The notes under the pieces were generated by a model. It made no database searches. It saw only the letters and a program-made list of their open reading frames with translations, and was not told the origin of the DNA. A stretch of 52,312 nt of DNA from a bacterium (GTDB lineage Bacteria; Electryoneota; AABM5-125-24; Hatepunaeales; Hatepunaeaceae): positions 1-52,312 of the forward strand of contig JALGVR010000005.1 in NCBI GenBank assembly GCA_025774605.1, read 5' to 3'. Positions 9,242-17,585 of this stretch are shown here, one piece after another (position 1 is the stretch's first letter; every line of letters begins with the position of its first letter). A program made the translations under genes and the position numbers.

Positions 9242-10162
9242 TTAATTGAACACCTTTATATTTGGAAATTCTCCTGATGAACTGTTGAAAGTATCCTGTT
9301 CAGTCCTCGCCAGTCTCTCGCGGGTAAGCTCGATCGCTTCCGGTGAGCAGTCGATGCCGATCCAGTTTCTGCCCAGCCTCTCCGCGGCGACCAGAGTCGT
9401 GCCGCTGCCGCAGAACGGATCCAGAACGACATCCCCGGGGCGGCTTGACGACTGAATGATCCGCTCCAGCAGCGCCACCGGCTTCTGAGTAGGATATCGG
9501 GTCCGTTCGCGCGCCATGTTGTTGATGGCCGGGATATCCCAGAAGTCGGGCGCTTTCTTAAGCTGACCCTTCATCCGCTGCGAGGTCGCCGGAATCTTTA
9601 TCGCCCTAAAATAGTGTCCATCCACAACCTTCGAATACCATAGTATGTCATCATGTTTGCGCGGCCAATAGCGCGGTGAGCTTCCGCCCAGCCCGTAGCA
9701 CCAGACAATGCAATTCAGAAAGTTGTCCCGACCGAAGACCGCATCCATCAGAAGCTTGATGTAAGCGCCTGCGCGCTGATCGCAGTGCAGGTATATCGAT
9801 CCGCCCGGCTTCAGAATCCGGTGAAGCTGTATCAGCCGCGGCGCCAGCATCAGTATATACGCCATTAGACCGGTTTCTCCGGTGATTTGTTTCAGTGCGG
9901 GCAGCAGAGATGACAGCCTGTCGTCTCCCTCGCCGCTCAATTCCTCGTATGTTTCGATGGCCAGATCGTTCCACTGCCACCTGTCTTCGAATGCACTCGA
10001 GTTGTCCGCGCTGATACCGCTGTGGGTGTTCCCCGACAGGGCAAAATAATCCCGATTACTGTTGAACGGCGGATCAAGGTATGTCAGATCGACCGATTCG
10101 TCGGCCAGCTGACGTCGCAGAACCTCGAGGTTGTCACCCTGGAACAAGCGGTTTTCAGGCAT
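9242..10162 (-). CDS. Site-specific DNA methyltransferase (N6-adenine/N4-cytosine, beta class), orphan; start placed at MPENRLF
   Basis: LFQGDNL, catalytic YLDPPF precedes the SAM motif VLDPFCGSGTT; YPTQKP. The longer ORF extension overlaps the Yip1 gene. Confidence 0.92.
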   Translation of the reverse strand: MPENRLFQGDNLEVLRRQLADESVDLTYLDPPFNSNRDYFALSGNTHSGISADNSSAFEDRWQWNDLAIETYEELSGEGDDRLSSLLPALKQITGETGLMAYILMLAPRLIQLHRILKPGGSIYLHCDQRAGAYIKLLMDAVFGRDNFLNCIVWCYGLGGSSPRYWPRKHDDILWYSKVVDGHYFRAIKIPATSQRMKGQLKKAPDFWDIPAINNMARERTRYPTQKPVALLERIIQSSSRPGDVVLDPFCGSGTTLVAAERLGRNWIGIDCSPEAIELTRERLARTEQDTFNSSSGEFPNIKVFN

Positions 10163-10233
10163 TATCGATCCCCGCGGTTCGGAGGCTGTCGACCGGCGCC
10201 TGCGTTGAACCGCGCCCCGGTCGACCTTCGATA

Positions 10234-10965
10234 TCATGACCCGGTGAACAGTGCATTGAGGACTCCGAGGAAGACAAACATCGTTCCCACCGCGCTGACT
10301 GTCCTTTGAATGCTCACTTCGTAGATCACGGACAGTCCGACGCTCAACAGCCATACCTGCCAGATCAGGAAGATATCGACAATGGAGATGAAGCGGTTGA
10401 AATACCCGCCGACCAGCTCCGGCGTGAGGATCAACGACAGGTTGGTGGGCAGGAACCATTGGTGATTTACGAGTTTTAAGGGGATGTTCAACAGCATGGG
10501 GAAGCCGCTGATTATCGACGCCCAGGCGACCATTGAAAAGACACTCTTAAAGGGCATTTTCCTCTTATAGCCGAACCTGCCGATCATGAGCAGCAACAGG
10601 GCGATGCCGGCGGTGCCCGCCAGAACGGTGAAGGGAGCCTCAAGGAAGATCATGAACGGCGCGCTGCTTATCATCTGCGAGATGTCCTTTCGGGCGGCCT
10701 CATCGCTTATCCCCCGCACCTCCATGTACCAGTCGTGAAACTCGGCGCTGGAGTAATGTTCGTACACTTCAGGCAACATGATCAGGCGCAGCCCGATGAA
10801 GGCGATCACCACGAACAGAATCGGAAACCAGTAGTCCGGATTAACGTTCAACCTCGTGAAGGAGCGGCGTGGAGCCAGTATGATACCGATCATCCTGAGG
10901 ATGTACCGTTTGAAATCGACGGTTCCGGGACCGGAATCCCCGAGGCTGTTCTTCGGTTCATTCAT
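10234..10965 (-). CDS. Yip1/YknW-family membrane protein; start placed at MNEPKN
   Basis: IILAPRRSF, several TM segments, IDIFLIWQVWLLSVGL; start overlaps the cca stop. Confidence 0.8.
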   Translation of the reverse strand: MNEPKNSLGDSGPGTVDFKRYILRMIGIILAPRRSFTRLNVNPDYWFPILFVVIAFIGLRLIMLPEVYEHYSSAEFHDWYMEVRGISDEAARKDISQMISSAPFMIFLEAPFTVLAGTAGIALLLLMIGRFGYKRKMPFKSVFSMVAWASIISGFPMLLNIPLKLVNHQWFLPTNLSLILTPELVGGYFNRFISIVDIFLIWQVWLLSVGLSVIYEVSIQRTVSAVGTMFVFLGVLNALFTGS

Positions 10966-12451
10966 CGGTCGGGAACCTGAAGTCGCGGTCGACCCTGGTG
11001 CGGTTCCTGGCGCGGTTGCGGATCTCAACTATCAGGTCTTTCGGGTCGGTTTTCATTGCCTCATCCTTGATCGAGAGGAGATACTGTTTGGCGGCATCGT
11101 AATCATAGGGTATTCCGCCGTCCAGGATGGCGTCCTCGATCCTCCCCTTCAGCGCTCCGACCACAGGGCCTGCTTCGACTCCGCAGATATCCATGATCTC
11201 ATCGCCGCGGATCGGGGATTGGAAGGAGCGCATCCTGTCACGCGCCTCGACATCCTCCATGCGGCGCGCCATATCCTCAAAGTTGGCCAGATAGCGGTTG
11301 ACGAGCTTGGGGTTGGCGGTGGTGATGTCGGCTCGGCAGAGGATCAACTGATCGTCGAGGTCTTCGCCGGCTTCGATCATCATTCGGCGGATGGCGCTGT
11401 CGGTCACGCCCTCGGATGTCAGGTTGATCGGCCTCATGTGCAGCCGGACGAGCTTCGACAGGCGGGCTGTGTTCGCCTTGCCGAGTCGCAGCCTGCGGGC
11501 GATGCGGGCGGCGATGCGCGCGCCCACCACTTCATGCCCGTGAAATGTCCAGCCCTGGTCGGGATAGAACCTCTTGCTGGCAGGCTTGCCGATGTCGTGA
11601 ATGAGACCGGCGAACCTCACGACCGGATCCCCGGAATTTTCAACCACGTTCTGCATCACCCGCAGCGAGTGTTTCAAGACATCCTTGTGATGATGCCTGC
11701 CGACCTGCTCGATCCCGCTCATCGCGCTGATCTCGGGCATTATCACAGCCATCAAACCGCTGTCAATCATTAACTGCACGGCACGGACAGGATCCGATCC
11801 GGACAGCATCTTCCAGATCTCCTCTCCGATCCGTTCCCGGGCGACGATCTCGAGACGCGCCAGGTTTTTTCGGATGCCCGACCAGGTGCCCGGCTCGATC
11901 TTGCAGCCATATTCCGCGGCGAACCGGATACCGCGCAACATCCTGAGCGGGTCGTCGGAGAAAGTCAGGTCAGGTTCGAGCGGGGTGCGCAGGATGCGGT
12001 TCTCCAGGTCGGCAAGCCCCTCGAACAGGTCCAGGAGCTCCCCCTTCCGTGGGCCGGTCAGCCCCAAAGCCAGCGCGTTCATGGTGAAATCCCGGCGTTT
12101 AAGGTCTTCACCGATAGGCACGGGCTTGACCGCCGCCGGTTTGCGCGAATCGGGAAGGTAACTCTCGGCTCTGGCGGTGGCGAACTCGTAATCCCTGTCG
12201 TTGTGCCTGACCAGCGCCGTTCCGAAGCGGGAGTAAACCGTCACCCTTCCGGACGCCAGGCGTTCTGTTATTCGCCTCGCCAGCTGGACGGCGTCGCCAA
12301 CCACCGACAGATCGATGTCACCTATCTCCCGCCCCAGCAGGAGGTTGCGGATACAGCCGCCGACGGCGTACAGTTCATATCCCTCCTCACCGGCCGTGTC
12401 CATCATCTCCTGAGGAACATGAAGGCTGATCTCCCGAAAAATGCTCTCCAA
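10958..12451 (-). CDS. cca: CCA tRNA nucleotidyltransferase with HD domain
   Basis: YAVGGCIRN, DIDL, DLKRRDFTMNA, DDPLRMLR, IHDIGK, FHGHE. Confidence 0.92.
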   Translation of the reverse strand: MESIFREISLHVPQEMMDTAGEEGYELYAVGGCIRNLLLGREIGDIDLSVVGDAVQLARRITERLASGRVTVYSRFGTALVRHNDRDYEFATARAESYLPDSRKPAAVKPVPIGEDLKRRDFTMNALALGLTGPRKGELLDLFEGLADLENRILRTPLEPDLTFSDDPLRMLRGIRFAAEYGCKIEPGTWSGIRKNLARLEIVARERIGEEIWKMLSGSDPVRAVQLMIDSGLMAVIMPEISAMSGIEQVGRHHHKDVLKHSLRVMQNVVENSGDPVVRFAGLIHDIGKPASKRFYPDQGWTFHGHEVVGARIAARIARRLRLGKANTARLSKLVRLHMRPINLTSEGVTDSAIRRMMIEAGEDLDDQLILCRADITTANPKLVNRYLANFEDMARRMEDVEARDRMRSFQSPIRGDEIMDICGVEAGPVVGALKGRIEDAILDGGIPYDYDAAKQYLLSIKDEAMKTDPKDLIVEIRNRARNRTRVDRDFRFPTDE

Positions 12452-12533
12452 ATCTATCTTGTCATCCCTGGATTATTAACTCGTGGAAACACCACCGCTG
12501 GTCGATTGAACCACGCATTGGCTGTAAACTCAG

Positions 12534-13568
12534 TCAACGCCCGGCGGTTCTCTTCAGTCCTTCCTCGCGCAGCTTCTTCAACCGCTTGATATCATTCGCC
12601 TTGCGTTCGGCGACCACCCTTGTCAACTGGATTCCCAACGCTTCATCGGCAAGCCTGACCACAGCCGCCCAGTCCCCCAGCCCGGCATGGGCTCTGGCGA
12701 GTGCGTGCAGACAGCCGATTTCGTTGTACCTGTTGTTGCGGCTCTCGCTCCTGACCGATGATAATATCCTCCGGTAGGTGTCGACGGCGTCGCTCCATCT
12801 GCCGGCCTCCATCTGCGCCCTTCCCAGGCACCAGAGAAAGGATCTGCCCTCCGGGTACTCCTCGAGCAGCTGTCCGGCGATCCTTATCGCGGTGTCATAT
12901 TCTTTGCGTGAGATGGCGATCCACGCCAGGTTCGAGCGCGCCGCCTGCCGTGAAAACGTCCCGTGTTCGGCGCAGATCCGGATCAGACTCAGCCCCTCTT
13001 CGCGCCTGTCGGATACCAATCCCAGGCTGCGCAGAAGGCCAGCTTTGTCACTGCTGTGATAGTAAAATGACCCCAGTCCCAGGTAGGCGTCGTAACAACT
13101 CGAATCGAGCGAAACAGCCTCCCCGAGCCAGCGAGCCATTCTCCTGCCGTAGGAGATGGCTTTCAGTCTATTATCTCTCTTGAACTCCCGGAACGACAGG
13201 TATCCGTCAACCGCCCCCAGATAGAACCTGACAACCGCCGAATGATCGCCCTCGTCAATCAGCCGGCTGCAGATCGCCGTTACGCTGTCGCAGGCCTCGG
13301 TCAGGGCATCATCGTCAAGCTCGTCCTCGAAATCGGTGGATCTGCCGCTGAGGATGGAGGCTCGCAGGAACCAACCCTGAAGTCCGGGATTCCCGTTCGT
13401 TATCAGGCTGTCCGCCAGCCTCAAGGCGGAACCATATCTCTCCATGCTGATGAGGTCGACAACCTGCACCGCCAGGGAGGAATCGAGACGGACGCTGCAA
13501 TTCTCCGGCCGGGCCTCAACCGCTGAAATGGTCGATAATACAGTCAGTGTCAACGCAGGGATGAACAA
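12534..13568 (-). CDS. Exported tetratricopeptide-repeat protein
   Basis: Signal-like N-terminus; TPR-like helices (DAYLGLG, LLEEYP, CLGRAQMEAG). Confidence 0.75.
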   Translation of the reverse strand: MFIPALTLTVLSTISAVEARPENCSVRLDSSLAVQVVDLISMERYGSALRLADSLITNGNPGLQGWFLRASILSGRSTDFEDELDDDALTEACDSVTAICSRLIDEGDHSAVVRFYLGAVDGYLSFREFKRDNRLKAISYGRRMARWLGEAVSLDSSCYDAYLGLGSFYYHSSDKAGLLRSLGLVSDRREEGLSLIRICAEHGTFSRQAARSNLAWIAISRKEYDTAIRIAGQLLEEYPEGRSFLWCLGRAQMEAGRWSDAVDTYRRILSSVRSESRNNRYNEIGCLHALARAHAGLGDWAAVVRLADEALGIQLTRVVAERKANDIKRLKKLREEGLKRTAGR

Positions 13569-13578
13569 TTACCAACCG

Positions 13579-14343
13579 CTAATTAACCTTGACCAGCAGG
13601 CCGGTCGCCTCGCCTTCGAGGTCTCGTGCGTCCAGCGGGATGCCGGTGACGATCTTGACCGGACCTACGCCGCGCGCGTACCAGACCGCCTGCCGCCTGG
13701 TTTTGGTCGTGCCGTTCGAATAGTCGTCGGTCCGCTGGGATTCGACGACGACAACATTCTTCCACCTGCCGAATTCCGTCTGCAGCTGGCATCTGTCGAT
13801 CAGCCGGTATTTCTGCCTCACATCACTCGAGAACAACTTTTTGCCGGCCCCGGAGTATATTTCGCAGTGATAGTCGTACGTGTATTCCCTGCCGCCGTCC
13901 ACGCGGGCGGGCAGCACGGTTCTCGCCGGTCTGAAGCAGGTGCTGTCGCCGTTCGCTCCGACCCGGTAAAGATGCTTCAACCCTTCAACATCCCACATGT
14001 ACGCCGACCGCGAGACGACCGTCTTGTCATCCGTGATTGTCGTGTCCACTATCAGGTAAACCTCGAGCCCATCATCCTCCGTCATGTCCGTCACCGTCAT
14101 AACACCTCGCCATACGTCGCCGCGCAGGTTCTTCCATTCAAGGGACCAGACACGATTCTCCCGGATGGGATAGTATTCCCCAAGCGAAATATCCCTGGCG
14201 AGTTTGTACGGCTGGGTTTCGGTCCTGCTTCCCCCGCAGCCTGAGATCAACAGTGTAACCGCAAGCATCAGCAGCGCACGATTCGGAAGCAGCACCGCCT
14301 TTAAGGATGTTTTTTGATACGCGGGCAATGTTTTCCAAGTCAA
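13579..14343 (-). CDS. Putative lipoprotein, beta-rich
   Basis: Lipobox LISG/C; YYP..., TEFGRW, WYARGVGPVK motifs; start uncertain. Confidence 0.7.
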   Translation of the reverse strand: MTWKTLPAYQKTSLKAVLLPNRALLMLAVTLLISGCGGSRTETQPYKLARDISLGEYYPIRENRVWSLEWKNLRGDVWRGVMTVTDMTEDDGLEVYLIVDTTITDDKTVVSRSAYMWDVEGLKHLYRVGANGDSTCFRPARTVLPARVDGGREYTYDYHCEIYSGAGKKLFSSDVRQKYRLIDRCQLQTEFGRWKNVVVVESQRTDDYSNGTTKTRRQAVWYARGVGPVKIVTGIPLDARDLEGEATGLLVKVN

Positions 14344-14420
14344 GATGGTTGTAATGTACTGAACCGTACTTCATAATATAAGCCTCAATCCTTACCGATC
14401 AAGATATTTGTGCAGTTTCC

Positions 14421-14449
14421 TTGCGACCGATTGCGGTAGGTCTTATCTT
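14421..14449 (+). promoter_or_regulatory. Candidate sigma70 promoter for the symporter gene
   Basis: TTGCGA-N17-TATCTT. Confidence 0.4.
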
Positions 14450-14507
14450 TTTCGAGCGAGATTAATGTCGTTACATATTAAGGGGAGCAACTGATACGTA
14501 GGCTGCA

Positions 14508-14590
14508 GCATGGAGGGCGGACATTCCGGTCCGCCCTGAAACTGCCGCCATACAACCACTTGGGCGGACAGGAACGTCCGCCCTCCATGC
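14508..14590. repeat. Inverted REP pair (REPIN-like), GGAG family
   Basis: GCATGGAGGGCGGACATTCCGGTCCGCCC (14508-14536) and GGGCGGACAGGAACGTCCGCCCTCCATGC (14562-14590). Confidence 0.88.
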
Positions 14591-14650
14591 CCGACTGCAA
14601 AGCGCCCCTCTTAATATCCATCATACATGTTAATTACAGGGGATCTCGAG

Positions 14651-16096
14651 ATGGGCTTGAACGAAGTCATAGGAGCCATATCCGGCATCGTCTGGGGACC
14701 GGTCATGATAGTGTTTCTGGTCGGCACCGGTCTTTACCTGACCTTCCGGCTGCGTTTTCTCCAGGTGCGCTACCTTGGTCATGCGCTTAAATGTATCAGC
14801 GGCAAATACGACGATCCGGAGGAGGAGGGCGACATATCCCACTTCAGAGCCCTGTCCGCCGCCCTGTCGGCAACGATCGGCACCGGCAACATCGCCGGCG
14901 TGGCTATCGCCATCGCGCTGGGGGGACCGGGCGCTGTCTTCTGGATGTGGATAACTGCGCTGGTGGGAATGGCAACCAAGTTCACCTCATGTTCGCTGGC
15001 GCTGCGCTTCCGCGAGATCGGTTCCGACGGCACGGCGCGCGGCGGTCCGATGTATTTCCTGGAAAAGGGCTTCGCTCCGAAGTGGCTTATAGCTCTGGCC
15101 GGAGAGACGCGGACCAGACGATGGGCCGTCGCCCTGGCGGTGGCATTCGCTCTTTCCGCCATGATCGCCTCGTTCGGCATCGGCAACATGGTGCAGGCGA
15201 ATTCGGTGGTAGACGGGCTCAGTTATGTCCTGCCCGACACCTGGAACGCCACCGGCTTCAACCTGTTCGGTTTCAGGATCGGCTGGCTGAGCCTGATCAT
15301 CGGCCTGGTTCTGGCTCTTCTGGTCGGGTTGGTGATCCTCGGCGGTATCCGACGAATCGCGAGTGTGGCGTCCAGGCTGGTTCCGGGGATGTCGGTCATC
15401 TACGTGGCAGGCGCCCTTGTGATCCTTATTCTGCACGCCGACAAGATCATCGATGCGTTCGTGATGATCTTCAGGCACGCCTTCACACCCTATTCAGCCG
15501 GCGGAGGTGTTGCCGGAGCGACGATGGCAATGGCGCTGCGCTGGGGCGTGGCGCGCGGGGTGTTCAGTAACGAATCCGGACTGGGATCGGCACCGATGGC
15601 TCACGCCGCGGCAAAAACCCGCGAGATGGTGCGCGAGGGCTTCGTCGCCATGCTGGGCCCGCTGATCGATACCCTGATCATATGCACAATGACGGCGCTG
15701 GTGATCCTCGTCACCGGTGCGCGAGCCACCGGCCTGACGAGCACTTCGCTCACTGCCCATGCGTTCGACGTCGGTCTGTTCGGCTACGGACACGTCATAA
15801 TCGGCTTCGGACTGATCCTGTTCGCCTACTCGACGATGATCAGCTGGTCGTACTACGGCGACCGCTGCGCTCAATATCTGCTCGGATCGAAGGCGGTGGT
15901 CTGGTACCGCGGGCTGTACGTTCTGCTGGTGGTGGTCGGAGCGGTGGGCGGGTTACGATTGATCTGGGATATAGCCGACGTTCTCAACGCTCTGATGGCT
16001 GTTCCCAACCTGATCGGACTGCTGGCGCTCTCCGGCATCGCCGCCGGTCTGACGAAGAAATACCTGGAGCGGTTGAAGGCGGGGGAATTCGATTAG
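14651..16096 (+). CDS. agcS: Sodium:alanine/glycine symporter (AgcS family)
   Basis: ATIGTGNIAGVA, GGPGAVFWMW, GGPMY, RGVFSNESGLGS, IICTMT; ATG at 14651 preferred, 14627 possible. Confidence 0.93.
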   Translation: MGLNEVIGAISGIVWGPVMIVFLVGTGLYLTFRLRFLQVRYLGHALKCISGKYDDPEEEGDISHFRALSAALSATIGTGNIAGVAIAIALGGPGAVFWMWITALVGMATKFTSCSLALRFREIGSDGTARGGPMYFLEKGFAPKWLIALAGETRTRRWAVALAVAFALSAMIASFGIGNMVQANSVVDGLSYVLPDTWNATGFNLFGFRIGWLSLIIGLVLALLVGLVILGGIRRIASVASRLVPGMSVIYVAGALVILILHADKIIDAFVMIFRHAFTPYSAGGGVAGATMAMALRWGVARGVFSNESGLGSAPMAHAAAKTREMVREGFVAMLGPLIDTLIICTMTALVILVTGARATGLTSTSLTAHAFDVGLFGYGHVIIGFGLILFAYSTMISWSYYGDRCAQYLLGSKAVVWYRGLYVLLVVVGAVGGLRLIWDIADVLNALMAVPNLIGLLALSGIAAGLTKKYLERLKAGEFD

Positions 16097-16176
16097 CCGG
16101 TCATTCATTTTAAGTGGATTTCGGGCGGGGATACCGGTTAGAGCATGCCTGAATGATGGGAATTGTGATCCCAAAG

Positions 16177-16205
16177 TTGACTTTTGGCAATATTTAGAGT
16201 ATTCT
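16177..16205 (+). promoter_or_regulatory. Candidate sigma70 promoter for nfeD-comEC
   Basis: TTGACT-N17-TATTCT. Confidence 0.55.
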
Positions 16206-16265
16206 ATGACTATCCGCTTTCTACCGTAACCGGATTGTATGCCTCCAAATAACTTATGGAGAATT

Positions 16266-17585
16266 ATGAAGTTACTTGTACATATATCACTCATGACAGG
16301 CGCCCTGATGCTGCTGTCCGCCCCGGCGCAGGCCGGAGTTGTGCATAAGATCAGGGTTGACGGCGTGATCAATCCGGTCAGTTCGAAGTTCATGATCGAA
16401 GCGGTGGACCGCGCCGAAGAGGACGACGCCGAAGCATTGATGATCGAACTTGACACGCCCGGCGGGTTGCTTGAAGCGACGCGGGACATCGTCCAGCGGT
16501 TTCTGGCGGCGGATGTTCCCGTCATTGTGTACGTCTCACCGTCAGGCGCACGAGCCGGCTCGGCGGGCGTCTTCATCGCGCTCGCCGCCCACATCGCCGT
16601 CATGGCGCCGGGGTCGAACATCGGCGCGGCGCACCCGGTGACCATCGGAGGGGGGGGAATGCCCGGGCAGGGAGAGCCGGATTCGACCAGCAAGTCGGTG
16701 ATGAGTGACAAAATGACCAACGACGCCGTGGCGCTGATCCGTTCCATCGCCGAACAGCGCGGTCGCAACATGGAATGGGCGGAGAGGGCTGTTCGGGAAA
16801 GCATCGCCGTTACAGCCACCGACGCCTTGAAGAAGGGGGTGATCGACCTGATCGCCGCGGATGTCGATACGCTGCTCAAAGCCATCGACGGACGCACGGT
16901 CAACCTTCCAAACCGCGAATTGACACTGCATACGGATGAGGTCCGCGTCAAGGATTTCAGAATGGACTGGCGGCAGAACATTCTCAATCGTCTGAGTGAT
17001 CCGAATATAGCATATATCTTCATGATGCTCGGCATCTATGGTCTTATCTTCGAACTGTCGAATCCCGGGGCGATCTATCCGGGTGTGATCGGGGTTATCT
17101 GTCTCCTGTTGGCGTTCTTCGCCTTTCAGACTCTGCCGCTCAACCTGGTCGGTGTTCTCCTGATCATCTTTGGCATCATCCTGCTTTTACTGGAGGTTAA
17201 GGTGACGAGCTACGGTATCCTTACAATCGGCGGCGCAGCGTCGCTCCTGCTTGGATCACTGATGTTGATTGACACGAAAGTGCCCATCCTGAGGGTTTCA
17301 CTCGAAGTAATTATTCCGGCTGTCATCGCCACCGTACTGTTCGCCCTCTTCGCGGTCGGCATGGGCATAAGGGCTCAGTCGCGCAAGGTCACAACCGGGC
17401 TCGAGGGTCTGGTGGGAGAAATCGGCGAAGCGTTGACCGACCTTGATCCCAAGGGCGAAATACTGGTATGTGGCGAGCGTTGGAAAGCCCGGTCCGACAG
17501 CAGGATAGAACGGGGACAGGAGGTCAGGGTCACCCGAGTCAACAGGATCACGCTCACGGTCGAAGCCGCCGATAATTCCGGTTGA
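16266..17585 (+). CDS. nfeD: NfeD long-form membrane-bound ClpP-class serine protease
   Basis: LDTPGG, RAGSAG (catalytic Ser), IGAAHPV, Lys in SDKMTND, TM region, C-terminal OB fold (GERWKA); start 16239 or 16266. Confidence 0.92.
   Translation: MKLLVHISLMTGALMLLSAPAQAGVVHKIRVDGVINPVSSKFMIEAVDRAEEDDAEALMIELDTPGGLLEATRDIVQRFLAADVPVIVYVSPSGARAGSAGVFIALAAHIAVMAPGSNIGAAHPVTIGGGGMPGQGEPDSTSKSVMSDKMTNDAVALIRSIAEQRGRNMEWAERAVRESIAVTATDALKKGVIDLIAADVDTLLKAIDGRTVNLPNRELTLHTDEVRVKDFRMDWRQNILNRLSDPNIAYIFMMLGIYGLIFELSNPGAIYPGVIGVICLLLAFFAFQTLPLNLVGVLLIIFGIILLLLEVKVTSYGILTIGGAASLLLGSLMLIDTKVPILRVSLEVIIPAVIATVLFALFAVGMGIRAQSRKVTTGLEGLVGEIGEALTDLDPKGEILVCGERWKARSDSRIERGQEVRVTRVNRITLTVEAADNSG

Noticed and set aside
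10163-10459. N-terminal extension of the methyltransferase ORF
   Set aside because: It overlaps the Yip1 gene in another frame; family-like sequence starts at MPENRLF (10162).
14450-14650. Glycine riboswitch upstream of agcS (also sought upstream of gcvPB)
   Set aside because: The GGAGA...CCGAAG...CTCTCAGG core was not found; the structure is explained by REP-type inverted repeats.
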